From Histomonas meleagridis 2922-C6/04-290x (Eukaryota; Protista; Parabasalia), in the NCBI GenBank assembly GCA_020184695.1, contig JAANOX010000238.1, positions 248,001-312,000 on the forward strand: a DNA stretch of 64,000 nucleotides, in the 5' to 3' direction. The position numbers were made by a program, and so were the translations under genes. The notes below the pieces were generated by a model. It was given only the letters and a program-made list of their open reading frames with translations. It was not told the DNA's origin and did not search any database. Shown piece by piece: positions 43,063-51,587 of this stretch (its first letter is position 1; every line of letters starts with the position of its first letter).

Positions 43063-43140
43063 ATGTATGATACATAATTAAAACTTTTCTTGAATTTTTA
43101 TGTTTTATTAATGTTAAAAAGGATACAATTTTGTAATTGT

Positions 43141-43160
43141 AAAAAAAAAAAAAAAAAAAA
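43141..43160 (+). repeat. A20 homopolymer between two convergent genes
   Basis: 20 consecutive A, immediately past the reconstructed stop (43163) of the ankyrin gene. Confidence 0.9.
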
Positions 43161-43162
43161 TG

Positions 43163-44673
43163 TTATATTTTCTGTGTTATTCCATACTTAGGAGCAAGCT
43201 TACGAGCAATACGGAAAAAAATGATGAAATTCGTAATTTTCATTTGAAATTGGAAGTTTTTTAAATGAACTCTGAAAATAATTGGTAAATTTTTCTTGTT
43301 TTTATATTATTTTTTTTATGATTAATAAGAAAATTAACAATTTCAATATGACCTCCTTTAATAAGTGCTGTTATAAATATTTTGAATAAATTCCAAAAAT
43401 TATATTGAAATAAAAAAGCAAAATTATAACTATTATATAGAAAAATCAAGTATTTTTTGAGTTAAAATCAACGCTTTCATGATCAGCAATTAAACTTACA
43501 CATTCATTATAACCTTTTTCAGATGCAATCATAAATGCTGTATTTAATTATTTGTATAATTATCGAACGTTATTAATAAATTTCATTTTATTTAAGAAAT
43601 AAATATCTTTGGCATTTATGTCTAATCCATTTAGATTAATAAGGAATTCTACCAATTCATAGTGATTATTTTGAACTGCCAACATAAGAATTGTTCTAAA
43701 TTAAATAAATAAAATCCAAATATTTACTTTAAATTTGGAATAAATAAAAATAACAAGAAATATATAAAAGAAATATCTTTTTCATTCACATTTGTTCCTT
43801 CTTTTTTAACAAGCAATTTTACAATCTCAGTATGTCCATTTTTAGATGCAAGCATTAATGCTGTATGGAATATTTTATCCAAACTCCAAATATTTTAATG
43901 AAATCTGAAATTATTAAATTAAATTTTATCTTTTATATTAATATCTATCCCTTTTTGTTCTAAAAGTATGTTAACAATTTTAATATAACCTTTTTGAGAA
44001 GCAAACATTAATGCTGTCATAAAAAAATTAATGTAATTCCCAAAGTTAATCCAAAACTTTAAAAAAACAAAAAATATATCAAAACATTTTAACAAATAGA
44101 TTTAATATTTACGTCAATTTTCTCAATATTAAGTAATATCTTCACAATTTTGCTTAGACCATTTTTTGATGCATACATTAGTGCTGATTTTCGAAATATC
44201 ATTATGAAACCCAAAGTAAAATAAGACGAAACAAAATATTTTTCATTAATATTAATATTTTTTTGTTGAAGAACATATTGTACCATTTCAACATTCTTTG
44301 ACTTTATAGCATCAAATAAAATATCATCTGTAAGAGGTAATGTCTCATTGAAAAATCGAAGAATTAATGTGTTTCCATTTCGAGCCAATTCTTTTAAAAT
44401 ACTTTCATTAACACGCATTCCGTTATCTTCTAAAAAGAATAATAATTCAAAATTATTACTTTTAATACACTCTTCTCCTAACAAGATTGAAACACATTTA
44501 TCAATATGTTTTCATCATTCAAGTTAAAAATAAGTTTTTGCAAGTTGATTGCTTGCATTTCTTATACAGTAACGTTCAAGTGAATTGCCACTTTTGACGA
44601 TCGATAATTGAGTTGATTTTGATAGTTTTTTAAAAAACCAAGCATTTCTAGATGCAAAATTAATAATTTTCAT
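43163..44673 (-). CDS. DUF3447-like + ankyrin-repeat gene split by 24 tiny insertions (23 x 17 nt, 1 x 19 nt); 5' part damaged
   Basis: Removing the insertions from 44484..43163 (1322 - 410 = 912 nt = 304 codons) gives ...NEKYFWRKSALMYASKNG...DVNIKSDKGMTALMFASQKG...DINIKDKQGHTALMLASKNGH...NVNEKDLQGRTILMLAVQNNH...DINAKDNEDNTAFMIASEKG...DFNSKNNFGITALIKGGHIEIV...RKRPRRIARKLAPKYGITQKI*. Upstream 44673-44485 is DUF3447-like but has in-frame stops around 44526-44512. Confidence 0.8.
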
Positions 44674-45046
44674 TCATTTTGAAAACGAATGATCCTCAGT
44701 AAAGGTTGAACTTAAAAATAAATTATTGAGATTTTTTATAATATTTATATGAACCAAATTTATCGTTTTGTTCAATGTATTTCCATTAATATATTTTAAA
44801 CCAAAAATATATATGATATAGCATTTTTTATACTTGAAATTTTAATAAGTATTGGCCTGAGAAAATTGATCAATTCCCAATTTTTATGTAAACTTTTCGA
44901 ACAATATATGTACAACCTCTGTAAAAACTTTATATTATTATTCATCATTAGCTTAATGAATTACTTCATGAAAAATGCCGATTAAACATGCTTAGAACAA
45001 CACGCAATTCGATTTGTATACTTTATTGAAATGTAAAAAAATCAAA

Positions 45047-45526
45047 ATGAGGAGAAAAGAAAGGAAAGTCTCACTTATTAGTGAAATCTTTGCAATTATG
45101 AAAAAATGTGATTCATGTGTCCTTTCCATGATTGATGAAAAATATCCTTATAGTGTCCCACTTAACTTTGCTGTAAAACTAAAACCAGATTCAACTATTT
45201 CATTGTACTTTCATGGTGCAAACGCAGGAAAAAAAATATCTTTACTTAGGAAAAATCCACACGTTTCTTTTGCTATGTCATGTTCAAGGAAAATTGTTGA
45301 AGGAATACCAGATTGTCAATCAACAATGAAATATGAAAGCGTCTGCGGCACAGGCAAAGTCACATTCCTTGGCGAATCTGATTTAAATGAGAAATGTCTT
45401 GCTCTTTCAGAAATAATGAAACATCATTTTCCAAACAATAACCACACATTTTCTGCCAAAGAAGCTGAAATGGTTGCCATCCTACGACTTGATGTTGATG
45501 AAGTCACAGGGAAACGCAATATTTAA
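45047..45526 (+). CDS. Nim (5-nitroimidazole resistance) / PNPOx-like FMN split-barrel protein, bacterial type
   Basis: MRRKER...PYSVPLNF...LYFHGANAGKKISLLRKNPHVSF...YESVCGTG...TGK. Likely ATG at 45047. Confidence 0.8.
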   Translation: MRRKERKVSLISEIFAIMKKCDSCVLSMIDEKYPYSVPLNFAVKLKPDSTISLYFHGANAGKKISLLRKNPHVSFAMSCSRKIVEGIPDCQSTMKYESVCGTGKVTFLGESDLNEKCLALSEIMKHHFPNNNHTFSAKEAEMVAILRLDVDEVTGKRNI

Positions 45527-45660
45527 ATATCTAATAATAAATATATAAACTTTTTATATTTAAAGTATAACTTAATTATTTCTATTAAAAATGATTTGTT
45601 ACACCTGATCAATTTTCATATTTTGTGTGAAAGCATAAGCATTTTAAAATTCTGAATCAG

Positions 45661-45780
45661 TTTATTTAAATATTATTATTATTTATTATTTAAATATTAT
45701 TATTATTATTATTATTTCTTAAAAAAATATTTTTTATTATTTAAATATTATTATTATAAAAAAAATATTTTTTATTATTG
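45661..45780. repeat. Low-complexity (TAT)n / TTTAAATATTATT repeat
   Basis: Repeated tattattatt and taaatattat units; almost no G or C. Confidence 0.75.
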
Positions 45781-46073
45781 GATGGCGCTCATGAGTTTTT
45801 TGCCTTGAATTATTAATCATATTAAATAAATATTTTTCATTTCTTTGTCATAATTTTTAACAAGCAAACCAGATGTTCTTTTCATCAAAGCAGTGAAATA
45901 TGTATCATTTCTTCATTATACTCACATTATTACTATTATTCGAATCGAACATTTAAACGTTTAAATTTTGTAAAAACGTTTGTGCACAAAAACCGCAGAT
46001 ATAATGAAAAAGTGAGATTTTGTATATTTTATATATTTTTCAATGAACGATACGAGTTTGAATCACAACAATT

Positions 46074-47636
46074 TCATTCGCTATTGCTTGCCTTCGTTTG
46101 GCTTTTCTTTGGCATTGGTAAAGAATCCACGACAGTTTTCGAGAACGCGATTTTCATTGACTTCTTATGCTTATCATCACTTTCGTTTGATAACCTTTCG
46201 GTGGGCTCAACGTTTTTCTTTCTTTTTCCAGTTTTTTTTTTGAATTGTTCGAATGTATCCATATGCTGTTGAACCATTTTCTTAAATACAGCTTTAATAT
46301 CTTCGTCGAATTGATTTATTATTGAGTTTACAGTTTTTATAAAATCTGTGATTATCGGTTGGAGCTCATTTGCACGTTTCGTTTCATCTTCTTTTAATAC
46401 TTTTAATGTCTTATAATCTTGTGAGTACTGATGCTTTTGTGTCTCAATGGTTCGAATGGAATTTATTTCATCAATTCCGCGATCTAATAAATTCTCAATA
46501 AACTTTTTTCGTTCTTTTATGACTTGCATCCATTGGTTGGAGATCTTTATCCCTTCTGGTGTAAATAAGTGAGGACAAAGAGCTGTAAGGATATCATTTG
46601 TTTCTGTAAGTTTGGTACTCCATGCAGATATAATTTGCTTAACGACTTCATCACCTTCAACATTATCATTACCACGTGGTTGAAGTCGAAATGCTCGAAT
46701 ATCAGAGTTATATTGACTAATCTTCTTTCGAATAATTTCATCAAATCTTAAAAGTCGACGCTCAAGACGAGTTATATCAATAAGAAGTTCAGAGATATGG
46801 TCAAATCCTTCTTCAATCTCGGTGTTAATGAAGTTTTTGACATCTTTAACTTCGTTGTTGATTTGGTGATTTAATTCGGCGATAAACGAAAAGCCGACGG
46901 CGGTTTGTATCGGCGTTTTTGATGTGAGGAGAAGTTCAACAGATGGATCATCCTGCTTAATGGCGGCTTCAAGCTCTGGTGTACCATAGAAATCCAGCTT
47001 TTCATCTTCTGTGTTTTGAAATGTACATATTATTCTAACACATTCTGGATCCATTTTGTTTATGGCATATTGAAGCGCTGTCATACCATTAACTGCTGTT
47101 TGAGAGCCTCTTTCAAGAAGGAGTTGAACAGCTTTAGCGTTATGCATATGAATTGCAAAAAATAATGGAATCTCAAAACAAAAAAAGAAATACCAAAAAA
47201 ACAAGATAAACATTGTTATTACAAATGTTGGGATCCGCACCGTGATCAAGAAGAGATGAAACCGCTTCATTATTATCATAAATAATTGCTGTGATAAGAG
47301 GTGTAGTTCCTGCTTTAGTTTGTATGTTCGGATCAGCGTTGTTTTCTAAAAGTAGATTAACACATTCGTTTTGTTTAACTTTGATGGCGAAATGCAATGG
47401 TGGTAGATGCATTTGACATTTCGATGCTGCAGTATCAACTCCGTTATCTAAGAGTGCACGAACCTGTTCAATATCTCCTTCTCGAATGAAATAATGAAGA
47501 AGTGATTTAAAAAATTTAAAGAAATATCGTAAAATGAAAATAAATATTAAAAACAGTAAAGAAACTATTATGAAAATTTGAAATGAACAACATCTGGATC
47601 TCCTCCTGTATATGTAATCGGATCGGAATTCTTCAT
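46074..47636 (-). CDS. Ankyrin-repeat + coiled-coil protein (486 aa after removing six 17-nt insertions)
   Basis: ATG at 47636 (MKNSDPITYTGGDPD). Insertions at 47588-47572, 47565-47549, 47545-47529, 47525-47509, 47211-47195, 47191-47175. Result: ...GGDPDVIINDKSLLHYF...GADPNICNNNGEIPLFFA... 1563 - 102 = 1461 nt = 487 codons, joining track ORFs 47173..47658 and 46074..47279. Confidence 0.85.
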
Positions 47637-47640
47637 ATGA

Positions 47641-47646
47641 AGATGA
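47641..47646 (-). promoter_or_regulatory. Inr-like element (TCATCT) just upstream of the reconstructed ATG at 47636
   Basis: Minus strand reads ttTCATCTTCAT-ATG; trichomonad Inr consensus is TCA(+1)YW. Confidence 0.45.
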
Positions 47647-47972
47647 AAAACAATTCAAACGAAATTAAACAAACTTAGTCAATTTTCATTTTTTATTTGG
47701 AGACATAAAACATGAAACTTTCAGGAGATAATTTTATTATAAATTTTTAACATCCTAAAAATAAAAAAATTCATACATTATTACACGCTCACTTAATAAT
47801 TTAAAGTATTAATTTATTCTAAAAATATTTAAAAAAGTAAAAAAAATTTTAAATAAAGTTTAAAAGTTCATTTTAAGGTATTTTTACTTAGGAAAAAAGT
47901 TTATTTTTAGGCTTTTACGAAAAACCACTATTTTATCTGAATTTTTTTGGGAGGAAAGAATTTGTTATTAAA

Positions 47973-49562
47973 ATGAACTCTCCAAATGATGGTGTTCATC
48001 AAACGTATAAAGAATCATTGGAGAAAATCGACCAACATGAATTCGATAATCAAACTAACACAGAACAACAAGAAGACATTATCGAAATCCCAATTAAACT
48101 TGAAGAAATAAATTATTCATTAACCAAAACAGAGGATAAGTTAGAAATAAATGAAAGCATATTAAATATGAATTCAAGTAGACATGAATCAATTACTAAA
48201 ACAATTAAAGCTAAAGCAATTCGAAGTGAAACACTTCAACCAAATTCCAAAAAGGTTGGACAAAATAAAGAAGATGTAATTTCAGAAATTCCAACTGTAG
48301 AAACAAAACGCAAGGTAGTAAGAAAGAAAAAAAGAGTTTATCATGGTCAACATAAATCTAGTCGTAAAAGAAGAAACTATACAACACATTCAATATCAAA
48401 TCCAAACATTCATGCATCAACGTTCGAAATGGATAGTGATACCAAAATAAAAAGAAAATATAGAAAGAATCATACGGTCAGAGTAAACAAATCATATTAT
48501 AATTTACATTCATCAAGTTCAGTGCAAGTGCTAACAACGGAAGAATTGATTTCATTAATTGAAGAAGAAGATGAAGAAATCGAAGTAATATATCAATTCA
48601 ATAAGAATCCCAAGAAAAACATCAGCATTTTATGCCAATATTATAAAAAAGAAGAAACACCAGAAAACATTGCATTTCTTCTAATGAATGTACCTGGTTT
48701 ATTAAGAAAGAAAATAGGAGAATTTCTCGCCATAAAAGGAAACGAACCAATTCTCAATGCATATTTCATGAACCTTGATCTTAAAACCAATTTCATCACT
48801 GCAATGAGAACAGCATTAGGTGGACCATTACATTTACCAGGTGAAGCACAAGAAATTGATAGAATCATGCAAGTTTTCTCAACTTGTTATATTAACCAAA
48901 ATCCAAAAGTATTTCAAAATTCCGAAGTTGCCTATATACTTTCATTTGCTCTTATAATGCTTAACTCAGATTTACATAACCCTAATGTTCAAAGGAAGAT
49001 GACATGTAGTGAGTTTATTGTCAATATTAAAGGATCATTAAATGATCATGAAATATCAGACAAAATGTTAATGCAAATGTATGAAGAACTAAAATCGAAT
49101 CCTTTTCAATTTTCGGGCTCTTCAAATGAATTCCTAGCAATGTCAGCACCAAAATTACGAGGTTATCTTGAGATAAAATATGAAAAAATGTTTTCAAAAT
49201 GGAAAAAACATTATTTCGTTCTCACAAACTCATGTCTTTATTATTTTAAGGATAACTCAGGGCTAAGTGATGATTCCCCTCAAGGAATGATACAATTAAC
49301 AGAGGTTGATGTGTTCTGTGGAAAAAATCCAACAGAAATTGTTATAAAAACAACATCAAATCAAATTCAGTTCGTAAAATTCCAAAAGAAAATGCCAGTT
49401 ATTAAATCAGGAATTAAAAAGATTTGTTTCAGAGTACAAGATCAAAATGCTAGAGATAAATGGATGATGAGATTAATTAAATCAAAAATTATGTCTAATT
49501 TCCAAGTCGAAAAACCTGAAGCATGTCTCGATTTCCAAAATGAATCAATGTCAGACCTTTAA
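47973..49562 (+). CDS. Sec7 + PH domain ArfGEF (cytohesin/ARNO-like)
   Basis: KKIGEFL, LHLPGEAQEIDRIMQVFS (catalytic Glu), AYILSFALIMLNSDLHNPNV; PH LRGYLEIK...WKKHYFVLTNSCLYYFK. Confidence 0.92.
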   Translation: MNSPNDGVHQTYKESLEKIDQHEFDNQTNTEQQEDIIEIPIKLEEINYSLTKTEDKLEINESILNMNSSRHESITKTIKAKAIRSETLQPNSKKVGQNKEDVISEIPTVETKRKVVRKKKRVYHGQHKSSRKRRNYTTHSISNPNIHASTFEMDSDTKIKRKYRKNHTVRVNKSYYNLHSSSSVQVLTTEELISLIEEEDEEIEVIYQFNKNPKKNISILCQYYKKEETPENIAFLLMNVPGLLRKKIGEFLAIKGNEPILNAYFMNLDLKTNFITAMRTALGGPLHLPGEAQEIDRIMQVFSTCYINQNPKVFQNSEVAYILSFALIMLNSDLHNPNVQRKMTCSEFIVNIKGSLNDHEISDKMLMQMYEELKSNPFQFSGSSNEFLAMSAPKLRGYLEIKYEKMFSKWKKHYFVLTNSCLYYFKDNSGLSDDSPQGMIQLTEVDVFCGKNPTEIVIKTTSNQIQFVKFQKKMPVIKSGIKKICFRVQDQNARDKWMMRLIKSKIMSNFQVEKPEACLDFQNESMSDL

Positions 49563-49898
49563 TCTGCTTTTGCTTACTAAAGAAAATTTAATCTTCTTGA
49601 ATTTTTCTGTTTTTGAATCCGACTAAAATTGCTTGAAAACGAATTTGAAAATAAAAGCAAAAAGCAATTCAAGCAAATCTTGTTGTTTAAGAATAAAAAA
49701 ATTCTATAAATGAAAACAGAATGAATATTTTCAATATGTTTTCGAGAATTTAGTAAAAAATATTTTAAAAGACAATCATTTTTTCCAAAAAATTTTAAGA
49801 TCATATTAGACAAGTCCAAATTCATCATTTTTTATTTTTCCATTTCCAAATAACCGCCAAATTAAATAATGATTGAAACAGTTCTAAAAATTTTATGA

Positions 49899-51227
49899 AT
49901 GACTACATACAAAGAAACCAAAGGCTTAACATTATCTGAAATAATGACCTATGTTTTCGATGAAAATCCGTGTTGTTTTGTTCGTAATCCCGATTTTAAC
50001 TTTGGTGATTTTCAAAATTCTATCATAAAACTAAATGAAAGCTGGGAAAATCAAAACATAAACATTATGCTTTTAACATTAAATCATTTAGTAAAGCAAG
50101 ACATTATTTTTCTTCCAGGAGTTATTCAATTAATCCATAATTCCTCTCTAATCTCTCTTTTATTTACAATATATGAAAACACGTCAGAACAAAAAGTAAT
50201 TCTTTTTTTAACAAAACTCTCTACCAATCCAGTAATATCAAATATTATACTTAATCATAATTTTATTGAAGTTGTATTTCATAACTTTGAAGGAATTTCA
50301 TCAGTAGTTTCTTTAACGCAGTTAAAACTTTTGACTAATCTTATTGTCAATTCCAAAAATTTTGATATATTTCTTACACAAAACTTTAAATCTTTTGTTT
50401 TTGATCTTTGTTTCCACAAGAACGTGAAGTTCCGTGAAATCGGGTGTTTTTTCCTTTATTCACTTATACAAGTTGAACAAATTTCGACAGATTTCATCAA
50501 TCAAAACAGTTCACTTCTCACCAAAATATTTGCGAAACAAAATGTCAAAGGCTGCAAAATCTTACTTCTCATTGTTTTATATATTTTAAACAAGTATCCC
50601 GACAATTGCTTATTTGTCATCAGAAATCTTCATCCGATTTTCCTTAACATTCATCTCCAAAAGCCATCGATAATACAATTTGCATTAAAGATCATGAATT
50701 TAAGCTTTTATAAGACAAATGAAATGCAAATCATAAATTTCCCTTTTTTCATCCAAAGTTTAGAACGAAAGACAAAATATAAATCCGAATTTTTTGTATA
50801 TTGTTCGAATTATATTTATAAATATCCAAATGATATTCAACGTTTAATAAATTTGGGATTTTACGTGTGTACATTTAAATATAAAGAGTTAATGAGTTAT
50901 GTTGAGTTGTGTAACCTGTGCAAAGTGTATTGGATAACTTTCGTCTCGGCATCTCCAGACGAATGCGTTCAGTTGTTAAATTCGCATTGTTTGGGGTTAC
51001 TGTTCGATGTCGTGGATAGTGGATCCGATGTGTCAATTAAATATTTGTTGGAATCATTACATGCGCTATTAGAGAAAATGACCGCAATTAATGAAATGAG
51101 TTGTTTGCTAAGACAAGTAATCGAAGCTGAGGGTTTAGATGCATTGGCCGAAATAGAAACGGATGAAGCAAACTTCATATTAGGCTCTTTGGAAAATGCA
51201 ATCTCTATGTGCGTTGAAAATCAATAA
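49899..51227 (+). CDS. ARM/HEAT-repeat hypothetical protein
   Basis: 442-aa Leu/Ile-rich helical ORF (LKLLTNLIVNS; YLLESLHALLEK). Confidence 0.55.
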   Translation: MTTYKETKGLTLSEIMTYVFDENPCCFVRNPDFNFGDFQNSIIKLNESWENQNINIMLLTLNHLVKQDIIFLPGVIQLIHNSSLISLLFTIYENTSEQKVILFLTKLSTNPVISNIILNHNFIEVVFHNFEGISSVVSLTQLKLLTNLIVNSKNFDIFLTQNFKSFVFDLCFHKNVKFREIGCFFLYSLIQVEQISTDFINQNSSLLTKIFAKQNVKGCKILLLIVLYILNKYPDNCLFVIRNLHPIFLNIHLQKPSIIQFALKIMNLSFYKTNEMQIINFPFFIQSLERKTKYKSEFFVYCSNYIYKYPNDIQRLINLGFYVCTFKYKELMSYVELCNLCKVYWITFVSASPDECVQLLNSHCLGLLFDVVDSGSDVSIKYLLESLHALLEKMTAINEMSCLLRQVIEAEGLDALAEIETDEANFILGSLENAISMCVENQ

Positions 51228-51587
51228 ATTATATAGCGTGAGATATGTTTAATTTGACATTATAAATATACATTTTTTGTATTATTTTTTCCATATAAAA
51301 CAACACGAACTAAATTATTTGATTGGAAAACTATTAAACAGTTTATATTTATTTACAAATTAATTCCTACAAACAAAAATTTATAAAATATGATATGCTT
51401 CAAATTGCATTTTTTTTTTTTTTTTAGATAAAAATTATTTGCGATTTTAAATTAATTTATAAAAGAAAACATTTTTCATTAAACAATTACCATAAATAAA
51501 ATGAATAACATTCGATTCCTTATTAAGTTATTAATCGAATTTCTCAAAAACAAAACGTGAACAACAAACACCATTTAAACAAACACA

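Noticed and set aside
43163-44232. U-deletion RNA editing or simple pseudogene decay as the explanation for the spacers
   Set aside because: The spacers contain A, C and G as well as T, and random decay would not give lengths of 9 + 17n with in-register Gly codons.
47172-47211. Single 40-nt GT...AG intron (GTTTAT...TTTTGAG) joining the two ankyrin ORFs
   Set aside because: It restores the frame but deletes the hairpin G and E (two residues short of the neighbouring repeat) and has no ACTAAC branch site. The 17+3+17 parse fits the repeat exactly and matches the other clusters. Not fully excluded without cDNA.
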